Shown piece by piece: positions 9,334 through 18,688 of a DNA stretch of 64,000 nt (positions are counted from its first letter, which is position 1; the number at the start of each line of letters is the position of its first letter). A program made the position numbers and the translations under genes. Source of the DNA: Desulfuromonadales bacterium (lineage in GTDB: Bacteria; Desulfobacterota; Desulfuromonadia; Desulfuromonadales; JACZKF01); assembly GCA_029289095.1 (NCBI GenBank), contig JARFUG010000010.1, forward strand, positions 2,187 to 66,186, in the 5' to 3' direction. The notes below the pieces were generated by a model. The model made no database searches, was not told the DNA's origin, and was given only the letters and a program-made list of their open reading frames with translations.

Positions 9334-11031
9334 ATGACCCGTTGGAAAGTGCTGGGGGAGATCCTCCAGGCCGATTTCAGCGTTCCGGGGGACCGGATCG
9401 CCGAAGCGCTCAAGAATCAGGAAATCTCCGGCAAGCTTTTGGGAGAAATTCTTCTGGGGATGAAGGCGATCACCCCCGAGACCCTCGCTGCCGCCCTGGC
9501 CGCGCAGCAGGGGCTCGACTTCCTCAAGACGATTCCCGACGAGGGAGCCGGCTCCGACCTGCTGGAGCTGATCCCCATCGGCTTCGCCAAGGAGTACCGG
9601 GTTTTCCCCATCAATCGCAGCGACGGGCGCCTGCGGGTGGCGGTGGCCGACCCTCTCGACACCCGCCCCCTGAACGACCTGGCCGCGCTGACGCGCACCC
9701 GTCTCGAGATCGCCGTCGCAACGCCGGACGAGATCCTGCGCGCCATCAATCGCAGCTATGAGCGCAAGGCCGGAGAGGCCCAGGACTTCGTCGAGGATAT
9801 CGAGGGAGGCGAGTCGCAGCTTGCAGGAAACCTGGAGCCCGCAGACCTGCTCGACACTTCGGACGAGGCGCCGATCATCCGCTTCGTCAACAGCCTGATC
9901 ACCCAGGCCTACAAGCAGCGTGCGAGCGACATCCACATCGAGCCCTTCGAGACGGAACTGATCATCCGCTACCGCGTCGACGGCATCCTCTACGACGTCC
10001 TGTCGCCGCCGCACCGGGCGCAGGCGAGCATCACCAGCCGCCTGAAGATCATGTCCAACCTCAACATCGCCGAGAAGCGTCTGCCGCAGGACGGCCGCTT
10101 TCGGGTGCGCATCGCCGGCAAGGACGTCGACGTGCGCGTCTCGACCCTGCCCACCGCCTTCGGTGAGAGGGTCGTCATGCGTCTGCTCGACAAGGCCTCC
10201 AACGTCCTTACCCTCGAAGAGGTCGGGATGGACCCGCAGATGCTGCGGATGGTGAACGGGATGATCACCAAGAGCCACGGCATCTTCCTCGTCACCGGCC
10301 CCACCGGCTCGGGGAAGACGACGACCCTCTACGCGGCGCTCACCCGCCTGAACAGCCGCGAGAAGAACATCATCACCGTCGAGGACCCCATCGAGTACCA
10401 ACTCGCAGGGGTCGGTCAGATCCAGGTCAATCCGAAGATCAACCTGACCTTCGCCGCGGGGCTGCGCTCGATTCTTCGCCAGGACCCCGACATCATCATG
10501 GTCGGCGAGATCCGCGACGGGGAGACGGCCGAAATCGCCGTTCAGTCGGCCCTCACCGGCCACATGGTCTTCTCGACCCTGCACACCAACGACGCCGCCG
10601 GCGCGCTCACCCGCCTGGTCGAGATGGGGATCGAGCCGTTTCTGGCCGCCTCCTCCATCGTCGGCATCCTCGCGCAGCGTCTGGTGCGTCGCGTCTGCCC
10701 GAGCTGCCGCGAAGCGTACCGCCCCACCCCCGAGATGCTGCGCGAGATGGGGCTCGGCACGGCGGTCGCCTCTGATGCCGTCTTCTACCGCGGCGCCGGT
10801 TGCTCCGAGTGCATGGGGATCGGCTACCGGGGCCGAAAGGGGATCTACGAACTTCTCACCGTCGACGAACAGGTGCGCGATCTGCTGCTGCAGAACAAGG
10901 ACGCCGCCTCCATCAAGAGCGCCGCAATGAAGAAGGGGATGCGCACCTTGCGCGACGCCGGCCTCGCCATGGCGCTCGCCGGTGAAACCTCCATCGAGGA
11001 AGTTCTGCGCGTCACGCAGGAGGAGATCTAG
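9334..11031 (+). CDS. gspE: Type II secretion ATPase E
   Basis: ASDIHIEP, GPTGSGKTTT Walker A, LRQDPDIIMVGEIRD, tetracysteine motif. Confidence 0.97.
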   Translation: MTRWKVLGEILQADFSVPGDRIAEALKNQEISGKLLGEILLGMKAITPETLAAALAAQQGLDFLKTIPDEGAGSDLLELIPIGFAKEYRVFPINRSDGRLRVAVADPLDTRPLNDLAALTRTRLEIAVATPDEILRAINRSYERKAGEAQDFVEDIEGGESQLAGNLEPADLLDTSDEAPIIRFVNSLITQAYKQRASDIHIEPFETELIIRYRVDGILYDVLSPPHRAQASITSRLKIMSNLNIAEKRLPQDGRFRVRIAGKDVDVRVSTLPTAFGERVVMRLLDKASNVLTLEEVGMDPQMLRMVNGMITKSHGIFLVTGPTGSGKTTTLYAALTRLNSREKNIITVEDPIEYQLAGVGQIQVNPKINLTFAAGLRSILRQDPDIIMVGEIRDGETAEIAVQSALTGHMVFSTLHTNDAAGALTRLVEMGIEPFLAASSIVGILAQRLVRRVCPSCREAYRPTPEMLREMGLGTAVASDAVFYRGAGCSECMGIGYRGRKGIYELLTVDEQVRDLLLQNKDAASIKSAAMKKGMRTLRDAGLAMALAGETSIEEVLRVTQEEI

Positions 11032-11033
11032 CG

Positions 11034-12257
11034 TTGCCTCTTTTCGAGTACACCGGGTACAACGCCGCCGGGAAGAAGGTCTCCGGAGCGGTCGAAGGCG
11101 CCGGACGCCGCGCCGTTCTGCTCAAACTCAAGGCGGACGGGATCTTCCCCACCAACCTCAGGGAGGAGGCGACAGCCGCTGCCGTCGGCGCCAAGGCACC
11201 CATCAAACTGGAGCTGACCCGGCGCGTTCCCGTCACCGAACTCGCCACCGCCACGCGCCAGCTCGCCACGCTGCTCGGCGCGGGGCTCCCCCTCGACGAG
11301 GCGCTCGGCACCATCGGAGGGCAGTTGGAGAACGTGCGCCTCGCCCGCGCCTTCAGCGCCGTGCGCGAAGAGGTCGTCCAGGGGCAGGCTCTGCATGAGG
11401 CGCTCGGCGCCCATCCGCGCATCTTCCCCGTCCTGTTCATCAACATGGTGCAGGTGGGGGAGAACACCGGCACTCTCGATCAGGTCCTGCAGCGCCTCGC
11501 CGACTTTCTCGAAGAACAGGCCAAACTCAAAAGCCGCATCCAGTCGGCCATGGCATACCCCGTCCTCATGTGCCTCATCGGCATCGGCGTCCTCTTCTTC
11601 CTCTTCGCCTTCGTCGTGCCGCAGGTCGTGCGCATGCTCGAGGATCTGGGGCAGGCCCTCCCCACCCCGACGCGCGTGCTGATCGCGACCAGCGAGTTCC
11701 TTTCGGCCTGGTGGTGGGTCTTCCTGCTCCTTATGGCGCTGGGCGCCCTTGGGGTGCAGCGCTGGCGGCGCACCGAGGAGGGTCGCTACAAGCTCGACCG
11801 CCTCGCGCTCAAGGTCCCTTTGTTCGGTCGCCTGAACCTGCTCGTCGCCACGGCGCGCTTCAGTCGTACGCTGGGAACTCTGCTTCGCAGCGGCGTTCCG
11901 CTCCTCAAGGCCCTCGACATCGTCACCAACCTGATGCAGAACAGGGTCCTTCGCAAGGCCCTCGAAGACACCTCCGTCGCCGTGCGCGAAGGCGAGGGTC
12001 TGGCGGGGCCGATCAAGCGCTCGGGGGTCTTCCCCCCCATGGTGGCGCAGATGGCGGCCGTCGGCGAGCGCAGCGGCGATCTCGAAGACATGCTCTTTCG
12101 GGTGGCCGACACCTACGAACACCAGGTCGACCTCACCCTCAACGGCCTCCTCTCCCTGCTCGAGCCGATCATGATTCTCGTGATGGGAGGGGTCGTCGGT
12201 TTCATCGTCCTGTCGATCCTTCTTCCGATCTTCCAGGCGAGCCAGGGGATGGGGTGA
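11034..12257 (+). CDS. gspF: Type II secretion inner-membrane protein F
   Basis: TTG start. QLATLLGAGLPL, GENTGTLD, AMAYP and LLEPIMIL motifs. Confidence 0.96.
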   Translation: MPLFEYTGYNAAGKKVSGAVEGAGRRAVLLKLKADGIFPTNLREEATAAAVGAKAPIKLELTRRVPVTELATATRQLATLLGAGLPLDEALGTIGGQLENVRLARAFSAVREEVVQGQALHEALGAHPRIFPVLFINMVQVGENTGTLDQVLQRLADFLEEQAKLKSRIQSAMAYPVLMCLIGIGVLFFLFAFVVPQVVRMLEDLGQALPTPTRVLIATSEFLSAWWWVFLLLMALGALGVQRWRRTEEGRYKLDRLALKVPLFGRLNLLVATARFSRTLGTLLRSGVPLLKALDIVTNLMQNRVLRKALEDTSVAVREGEGLAGPIKRSGVFPPMVAQMAAVGERSGDLEDMLFRVADTYEHQVDLTLNGLLSLLEPIMILVMGGVVGFIVLSILLPIFQASQGMG

Positions 12258-12264
12258 AAAAGCA

Positions 12265-12425
12265 GTGGCCAGAATCCAGGAGCCAGGAGCCAGGAGAAAA
12301 TCAAGAGCCAAGACTTCATTCAGGCTTCTGACAGGGAATGGATAGAACAACCGTAGTCGGGAGCCGATAGCCAGGGTCAGGAGAAGATCCAAAGCAAATG
12401 CTTTTCCTCCTGGCTACTGATACAA
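12265..12425. repeat. Degenerate heptamer repeat cluster (AGCCAGG-type) between gspF and gspG
   Basis: ATCCAGG AGCCAGG AGCCAGG and AGTCGGG AGCCGAT AGCCAGG, with an inverted unit CTCCTGGCTACTGA just before the gspG RBS. Confidence 0.65.
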
Positions 12426-12441
12426 CATCAAAGGAGTTGCA

Positions 12442-12891
12442 ATGACCAACCAGAAATCAAACCTTTTGCGCGGCCAGAAAGGCTTCACCCTCATCGAGAT
12501 CATGGTCGTGGTTGTGATCCTCGGCATTCTGGCCGGGATTGTCGTTCCGCGTCTTCTCGACCGACCTGAGGAAGCCCGGCGCACACAGGCCGCCGTGCAG
12601 ATCAAGAGCCTGCAGGAGGCGCTGGCGCTCTACCGGCTCGACAACGGCTTCTATCCGACGACCGAGCAGGGGCTTCAGGCCCTTGTCAGCAAGCCGCAGG
12701 TCGGCCGCATCCCCAACCGCTACCGCGACGGCGGGTACATCGCGCGGATTCCTCTGGACCCCTGGGGGAACCAGTACGTCTTCCTCTCACCGGGGATCCA
12801 CGACGAAATCGACATCATCTCCTACGGCGCCGACGGCCAACCGGGGGGCGAAGGCAGGGATGCGGATATCAACAGTTGGGAACTCGATTAA
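12442..12891 (+). CDS. gspG: Major pseudopilin G
   Basis: G|FTLIEIMVV prepilin site, YRLDNGFYPTTEQGL, DPWGN and DADINSW motifs. Confidence 0.97.
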   Translation: MTNQKSNLLRGQKGFTLIEIMVVVVILGILAGIVVPRLLDRPEEARRTQAAVQIKSLQEALALYRLDNGFYPTTEQGLQALVSKPQVGRIPNRYRDGGYIARIPLDPWGNQYVFLSPGIHDEIDIISYGADGQPGGEGRDADINSWELD

Positions 12892-13600
12892 TTTCTGCCC
12901 GAAAACGGCCCTTTTCCGCAATCTCTGCGTCAATCTGCGGCCTTGCTTGAGCGGCGTACCGTTGTACGCCTCCGGGCAAGTCCCTGATTTCCTCGACTTT
13001 GCGAAAAATTGCTCGTTTTCGGATCAGAAACTTGCCAGTTTTCATCCGGAGATCCCGGATGAAAACTTGATTGCCCCCCCCTTTCGCCGGACGTCCTCAC
13101 CGGGCGTCCGGCGAAAGGAAGCGGGCTTCACGCTCATCGAACTCGCCCTGGTCGTACTGCTGATCGGACTCTTTTCGGCTTTTGCCGTTCCGCAACTGCT
13201 CGGTTTCGGCGGCAACCACCTGGAGAGCAACGCCCGGCGCATCGCCGGAACGGTCAAGTATCTCTTCAACGAGTCGGCGCTCAACGGCCACGAATATCAC
13301 CTCACCTTCAACCTCGACGAGGGGACCTTCGGCGCAAGGGTTCTCAGAGAAGACGGCGAACTCATTCCCGTCCCCGGCAGGTGGGGCGGGCAGTCTCTGC
13401 GCGGAGACACCCGCTTTCAGGACATCGTGGTGACGGGACGCGGGCTCTACAGTTCCGGCGAAGCGACCAGCGTCATTCATCCGACGGGATGGCTGGAGGA
13501 GACGATCATCCATCTGCGCCAGGGGGACAAGGTCCTCACCGTCCGGGTCAAACCCTTCACCGGCACCTCCGAGATCTACGATGGGTATCGGGAATTCTAA
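12860..13600 (+). CDS. gspH: Minor pseudopilin H (start uncertain: ATG 12860 or TTG 13067)
   Basis: AG|FTLIELALV cleavage site at 13127. The frame is open back to ATG 12860, which overlaps the gspG end (MRISTVGNSIN). Confidence 0.8.
   Translation: MRISTVGNSINFCPKTALFRNLCVNLRPCLSGVPLYASGQVPDFLDFAKNCSFSDQKLASFHPEIPDENLIAPPFRRTSSPGVRRKEAGFTLIELALVVLLIGLFSAFAVPQLLGFGGNHLESNARRIAGTVKYLFNESALNGHEYHLTFNLDEGTFGARVLREDGELIPVPGRWGGQSLRGDTRFQDIVVTGRGLYSSGEATSVIHPTGWLEETIIHLRQGDKVLTVRVKPFTGTSEIYDGYREF
12892..13030. mobile_element. MITE-like element with about 30-bp terminal inverted repeats and a central GGCGTAC/GTACGCC hairpin
   Basis: TTTCTGCCCGAAAACGGCCCTTTTCCGCAA ... TTGCGAAAAATTGCTCGTTTTCGGATCAGAAA. 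Central hairpin at 12953-12970. Begins immediately after the gspG TAA. Confidence 0.7.
13037..13118. repeat. Two further tandem hairpins in the gspH leader region
   Basis: AGTTTTCATCCGG-AGATC-CCGGATGAAAACT (13037-13067) and CCTTTCGCCGGACGTCC-TCACC-GGGCGTCCGGCGAAAGG (13080-13118). Confidence 0.8.
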
Positions 13601-13988
13601 AAGCCAGGAACGCGTCCCGCGTCCCGCATCCCAGAAGGGCTTCACCCTTCTGGAAGTCATGATCGCCATGGCGGTGGTCGCCATCGCTCTTGTCACCCTG
13701 ATGGGGATGAGCGTGCGCAGCATCGAGGTGAACGCCCGGTTGCAGAAGACCACGCAGGCGACGCTCCTGGCGCAGCAGCGTATGAGCGAGATCGAAGTCG
13801 CCGCCGCCGAAGGCAATCCCCCCGCCGAGAACGAGGAAGGGGTTTTCGACCCCCCCTTCGACAACTTTCGATGGCGGGTGAACTACGAGGAGACGCCGCT
13901 GGACTTCCTGCGGCTGATCACCGTCACCGTCGTGTGGGGGAACGAGGGGCGAAACGAGATGGTCGATCTGACCTCCTTTGTCTTTTGA
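13581..13988 (+). CDS. gspI: Minor pseudopilin I
   Basis: KG|FTLLEVMIAMAV prepilin motif, operon position. Confidence 0.92.
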   Translation: MGIGNSKSQERVPRPASQKGFTLLEVMIAMAVVAIALVTLMGMSVRSIEVNARLQKTTQATLLAQQRMSEIEVAAAEGNPPAENEEGVFDPPFDNFRWRVNYEETPLDFLRLITVTVVWGNEGRNEMVDLTSFVF

Positions 13989-13994
13989 CTTGAG

Positions 13995-14079
13995 CCTCCT
14001 CCTTGATTAGGAGGGGGTTGGGGGTGGTAGAGATGGAAGGTTACCACCCCCCGGCCCCCTCCTGAAACAGTAGGGGGAG
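13995..14079. repeat. REP-doublet (REPIN-like) palindromic element, copy 2
   Basis: CCTCCTCCTTGATTAGGAGGGGGTTGGGGGTGGT ... ACCACCCCCCGGCCCCCTCCTGAAACAGTAGGGGGAG. Same architecture as 1890-1977. Confidence 0.8.
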
Positions 14080-14114
14080 AAAATCCATTACGAATTTACG
14101 GATTATCCATTCGA

Positions 14115-14762
14115 GTGCGCACCAACCGACAAAAAGGCTTCACCCTCGTCGAGGTGATGGTGGCGGTGACGATCATCGCGCTGCTTCTCACCTCGGTCTA
14201 CGGCGTCTTCACCTCCGCCGCCGGCGCCAAGCAGCGTCTGGAGGCCGAGGGGGAGGGGTTCCATCAGGCCCGCGTTCTTTTCGACCGCATGGGCCGGGAG
14301 TTGAGGGGGGCCTATTTTCAGCAGGGCAAACCGGGCGCGCGCCTTGTCGGCGGCAAGACGCTCGACGACTTTCCCTACCTGGAGCTGACCACGACGGCGG
14401 GAACTCCCTACGGAGGACGACGCGGAGGGATCTCCGTCGTGCGTTACGAGCTGCGCGTCGACCGGGACGCCCCCATCGGCGACGACACCCGCGTCCTGAT
14501 GCGGGACGAGTATTCCATGTTCGAACCACCCGCCGCCGATCGCGAAGGCTATCGCCTCGCAACGGGAATCGGGGAGATGGCCGTGCGTTTCTACCGCAAC
14601 GGCCAGTGGCATGAGGAATGGCATTCAACCCGGGACGGCGGTCTTCCGCAACTGGTGGAGATCACCCTCACGATGGCGCTCGAGGGGCAGGATGTCCCGT
14701 TCCGCTCCTCCTTCGAGATCCCCCTGGCCACGGGCGGGCTTCCTTCGGCGGGGCTTCCGTGA
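14115..14762 (+). CDS. gspJ: Minor pseudopilin J
   Basis: KG|FTLVEVMVAV and LPQLVEITL motifs. Confidence 0.9.
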   Translation: MRTNRQKGFTLVEVMVAVTIIALLLTSVYGVFTSAAGAKQRLEAEGEGFHQARVLFDRMGRELRGAYFQQGKPGARLVGGKTLDDFPYLELTTTAGTPYGGRRGGISVVRYELRVDRDAPIGDDTRVLMRDEYSMFEPPAADREGYRLATGIGEMAVRFYRNGQWHEEWHSTRDGGLPQLVEITLTMALEGQDVPFRSSFEIPLATGGLPSAGLP

Positions 14763-15736
14763 TGAGCCCGGTGCGCAATGAAAAGGGGATGGCCCTTCTC
14801 CTGGTCCTGGTAATCGTGGCCCTCCTTTCGGCCCTGCTCATGGAATTCGCCTTCTCCACCCACGTCGACATGCGCCTGACCGAGACCTATCGCGACAGCA
14901 CCCGGTCATGGTATCTTTCCAAGGGCGGGATTCAGGCGGGTCGCATGATCCTGCGGCTCGATGCCAACGCCTACGATCATCCGTCGGAGTTCTGGGGGCT
15001 GGGGGTGCCGTCGTACCCGGTGGGAGAGAACGGCGTCGTCTCCATCGAGATCGAGGACCTGAGCGGCAGGCTCAACCTCAACGACCTCGTCGCCCCCGGT
15101 GGAGTGAACCCCAATGTTGCCGTGCGCCAGATCTTTACCCGGCTCTTCGAGGATCTTGACCAGAGCCATCCGCAGGCCTTTCCGGGACGCCCAGCCGACA
15201 TGGTGGCGGCGCTCATCGACTGGATCGATGCGGACGACGATGTCTACAGAGGTCCCGACGGATCGGTCGAAGGCGCAGAGAGCCCGTACTACATGAGCCT
15301 CGATCCGCCCTATCCGGCAAAGAACGCTCTTTTCGACACCCTTGACGAGATCCTCCTGGTGCGCGACTTCACCCCCGAGACCCTTCGCATCCTGGAACCC
15401 TTCGTCGCGGTGCACCCGCGGCACGGAAGCGCCGTCAACATCAATACGGCGTCGGCCGAGGTCCTGATGGCCCTTCACGACGACGTCGACCAGTCCGTTG
15501 CCGAGAGAATCGTGCAGGCCCGCCAGGAACAGCCCTTCACCACCATCGAGGACCTCCGAGACCTCCTGGGGGCCGAGTCCCCCGCCTACTCGGGGCTGGT
15601 GACCGCCGGGGTGCGGGTGCGCAGCGACTTTTTCCGCATCACCTCCCGCGCCGGCGTCGGCGCAGGAGGCGCCCGCACCGCAACCGCCGTCGTAAACGCC
15701 AGCGGCGAGCAAGTCTATTACCTGAGAGTGGATTAA
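14762..15736 (+). CDS. gspK: Minor pseudopilin K
   Basis: KG|MALLLVL, IEDLSGRLNLN, LIDWIDAD and VNINTAS motifs. ATG 14762 overlaps the gspJ stop. Confidence 0.93.
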   Translation: MSPVRNEKGMALLLVLVIVALLSALLMEFAFSTHVDMRLTETYRDSTRSWYLSKGGIQAGRMILRLDANAYDHPSEFWGLGVPSYPVGENGVVSIEIEDLSGRLNLNDLVAPGGVNPNVAVRQIFTRLFEDLDQSHPQAFPGRPADMVAALIDWIDADDDVYRGPDGSVEGAESPYYMSLDPPYPAKNALFDTLDEILLVRDFTPETLRILEPFVAVHPRHGSAVNINTASAEVLMALHDDVDQSVAERIVQARQEQPFTTIEDLRDLLGAESPAYSGLVTAGVRVRSDFFRITSRAGVGAGGARTATAVVNASGEQVYYLRVD

Positions 15737-15740
15737 CGAT

Positions 15741-17123
15741 ATGGAAAAACGCTTTATCGGCATCGATTTAAACGGCTCCTGCATTCGCGTCGCCATCATG
15801 GAACAGGATCGCGAGGCGGCCATCGCCGTGGGCAAGCACGCCTTCACCACCCCCGAGGAGATGATCTCGGGGCTGCGCGAGATCATCGGCGATCCCCGCA
15901 TTTTCGGCGACCGCGTCGCGCTGGCCGTTCCAGCGGTGGAAGTCTTCGTGCGCCAGTTGAAATTCCCTTTCACCGATGCGCGCAAGATCGAGTCCGCCCT
16001 CCCCTTCGAGCTCTCCTCCCAGCTCCCTGTCACCATCGATGAGCTGACCGTCGATTTTCAGACTCCGCTCCCTGAGAAAGAGGGCGGATGCCGCACCTGC
16101 GCCGCGGCGCTTCGCACCGAATATCTGGAGAAGCTCCTGGCAACTTTCGACGGCGCCGACATCCCCGTCCATATCGTCGACGTGGCCCCTTTCGCCTACG
16201 CCAAGGGGGTGCGCGAGCAGCTTCGCGACGGCCTCCTCGTCGTTCTGGGAGAAGAGGAGACGACCCTGGGGCTGATGAAGGAGGGGCGCCTGACGCAGTA
16301 CCGCCTGATACCGGGGACGGGAGATGAGGATGGAATGGCCCGGCTCCTCCTTCGCGAGGCGATGTCCCTGCAGCGCGACAGCGGCTCGCAGAACCTCCCG
16401 ATGACCCTCATCGGTCCGGGCGCCTCCCCTACCCTGGAGGAGATACTGCGCAGCAGCGGACGCCGTATCGAGCGCCTGCGTTTTTTTGCCTCGGGGCGCG
16501 ACATCGAGCCCGAGTATCTCCCTGCCGTCGCCCTGGCCCTGCGGGCGGCTGCCCCGGCCAAGGAGAGGGAATTCAACTTCCGTCGGGGGAAATATGCCCT
16601 CAAAAGCGAGTGGGCCGGGCTCAAGAAAGAGCTCATCGCCGCCTCGATCGTCCTGCTGCTTACGATCGCGACGCTGGGGGGCGCCGCCGGGCTCAACTAC
16701 GCCCACAAATCGAAGCAGCTCCAGGCGCTCGATCAGCAGATGGTCTCCGCCTTCCGGGAGACGTTCCCCGGGGCGCAGCCGATGGTCGACATCCCCCTTC
16801 AGATGCGCAGCCGGATCAACGAGCTGAGAACCCAGGCGCGGCAGATCGGAAGCGGTCCGCAGGGGTCGGCCATCTCGGTGCTCAACGAGATTTCACAGCG
16901 CATGCCCCGCGACGTCACCGTCGATGTTCGGGACATGGCCTTCAGCGCCGACATGGTGCGCATTGAAGGGGTCACGACCTCCTTTGACGCCATCAACCAG
17001 ATCGCCCGCAGTCTGCAGGAGTCGCCGCTCTTTGCAGAGGCCCAGATCGCCGACGCCAAGGCGAGCATCGACGGAAACCGGGTCGATTTCCGCCTCAACA
17101 TCACCTTCCAGCGCAGAGGATAG
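15741..17123 (+). CDS. gspL: Type II secretion protein L (PilM/PilN-like)
   Basis: FIGIDL actin-like start, single TM, periplasmic PilN-like domain, operon position. Confidence 0.88.
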   Translation: MEKRFIGIDLNGSCIRVAIMEQDREAAIAVGKHAFTTPEEMISGLREIIGDPRIFGDRVALAVPAVEVFVRQLKFPFTDARKIESALPFELSSQLPVTIDELTVDFQTPLPEKEGGCRTCAAALRTEYLEKLLATFDGADIPVHIVDVAPFAYAKGVREQLRDGLLVVLGEEETTLGLMKEGRLTQYRLIPGTGDEDGMARLLLREAMSLQRDSGSQNLPMTLIGPGASPTLEEILRSSGRRIERLRFFASGRDIEPEYLPAVALALRAAAPAKEREFNFRRGKYALKSEWAGLKKELIAASIVLLLTIATLGGAAGLNYAHKSKQLQALDQQMVSAFRETFPGAQPMVDIPLQMRSRINELRTQARQIGSGPQGSAISVLNEISQRMPRDVTVDVRDMAFSADMVRIEGVTTSFDAINQIARSLQESPLFAEAQIADAKASIDGNRVDFRLNITFQRRG

Positions 17124-17126
17124 ATT

Positions 17127-17660
17127 ATGCGTTTCTGGTCACAACTCAGCTCGCGGGACCGCCTCGCCCTGATCATCGGGGCCGTCGTCGTTTCGCTCAC
17201 CGCCCTGATATTCGGCGTCATCGTCCCCTACCAGGAGTCGATGGACCGCCTCGACAGCCGCATCTCGCTGCGCCAGCAGCAGATCCGGGAGATCCAGGTC
17301 CTGCAGCAGGAATACCGGGCTCTTCAGCGCCAGATCGCCGAAGCGGAGAATCGCCTGGCCCGCAGCCGCAACTTCTCCCTCTTTTCCTTCGTCGAAGGGA
17401 CGACGGCTCAGGTCGCCACCAAGGAGAACCTCATCTACATGCGCCCCCAGCCGACGGTCACGCAGGACGGCTACCGAGAGGAGTCGGTGGAGATCAGGCT
17501 CGACAGGCTCCAGCTCGATCAACTGGTGCGCTTTCTCTACGCCGTCGATTCGGCCGAGGGATATCTGCAGGTCAAGAACCTGCGGGTTCGCACCCGCTTC
17601 GATGACCGCACCCTGCTCGACGCGACCATGGCCATCTCCTACCTGGGAAGGAGCTCATGA
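17127..17660 (+). CDS. gspM: Type II secretion protein M
   Basis: WSQLSSRDR start, TM, coiled coil, operon position. Confidence 0.85.
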   Translation: MRFWSQLSSRDRLALIIGAVVVSLTALIFGVIVPYQESMDRLDSRISLRQQQIREIQVLQQEYRALQRQIAEAENRLARSRNFSLFSFVEGTTAQVATKENLIYMRPQPTVTQDGYREESVEIRLDRLQLDQLVRFLYAVDSAEGYLQVKNLRVRTRFDDRTLLDATMAISYLGRSS

Positions 17661-18553
17661 AGTTCTTACCGAAGTTTCGCAGAATCGGCTTTCGGCCGAC
17701 ATCACCCCGCCAGATGATGAGACCGGTGAAGTTCATCCTGGTCTCGGTCGGGCTGCTCCTGATCTCGTTTGCCTTTGCCTTTTATCTTTTCTTCCCCACC
17801 GGGGCGCTGCAAAACCGTATCGAGCAGGAGTTCAACGCCCAGATGGGAGGAGAACTCCGGATGGGGAAACTCTCGCTGCTCTTCCCCGCTGGTCTTCAGG
17901 CCGACCGGATCATCATCACCGGGCTCCCCGCACGTGAACGCATAGACGTCGCCTCGTTCTCCATAACCCCCGTCTGGCGCACCCTCGCCGGAACGAACCC
18001 CGGTGTGAAATTCTCCTCGCGGTTCCAGGGGGGGGTCGTCGAGGGGAACGCTACGAAGAGCGGCGCCGTGGAGGCCCGCGCCAGTCGCGTCACCTTTGAC
18101 GAATCGCTGATGCCCGGCTCCGCCCTTCGCGTCACCGGAATCGTGGAGCGGGGCGAATACGCCGGCAAGACGCCGCTGCAACCCGATACCGAAACCCGCT
18201 TAAACCTCGTCCTGCAACAGGTCCTTCTGACCGGGATGGAGGGGCTCGGCGTCTCAGGGGGCGCCACTTCGCTGGGAACAATCACCCTGCACGTCACCGG
18301 CAGGGGGAACGCGCTGCGCATCGAGACCCTTTCGGCTGAAGGGGGCGCCCTCCAGGCCTCCGGGAGCGGTTCGTTCGTTCTCGCTCACCCGACCGAACGC
18401 AGCCGGATCAATCTCACCCTGAACCTTCGCCCCGGCGCCGACCTCGACCCGAACCTGCGCGATCTGCTCTCGCTGTTCGCCCAGCCGACGGGCGACGGCA
18501 ACTTCCGCATGCGCATCACCGGCACCCTTGCCGCTCCGATAATGGCCCTGTAA
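17657..18553 (+). CDS. gspN: Type II secretion protein N
   Basis: TM ending YLFFP, C-terminal ITGTLAAP, last gene of the gsp operon. Confidence 0.8.
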   Translation: MKFLPKFRRIGFRPTSPRQMMRPVKFILVSVGLLLISFAFAFYLFFPTGALQNRIEQEFNAQMGGELRMGKLSLLFPAGLQADRIIITGLPARERIDVASFSITPVWRTLAGTNPGVKFSSRFQGGVVEGNATKSGAVEARASRVTFDESLMPGSALRVTGIVERGEYAGKTPLQPDTETRLNLVLQQVLLTGMEGLGVSGGATSLGTITLHVTGRGNALRIETLSAEGGALQASGSGSFVLAHPTERSRINLTLNLRPGADLDPNLRDLLSLFAQPTGDGNFRMRITGTLAAPIMAL

Positions 18554-18688
18554 TGCCCGCCGCCGCCCGCGGCGGCGTCGCTTTGAAATAATCAGCGAGA
18601 ATCTTCAGCCGGTTCCCTCTTCCTTGGGGAGAGGGAACTAAACCCCGCTGGCGCTGAAGATTGGAGCTCATCAGGCTGGAATGCAATC

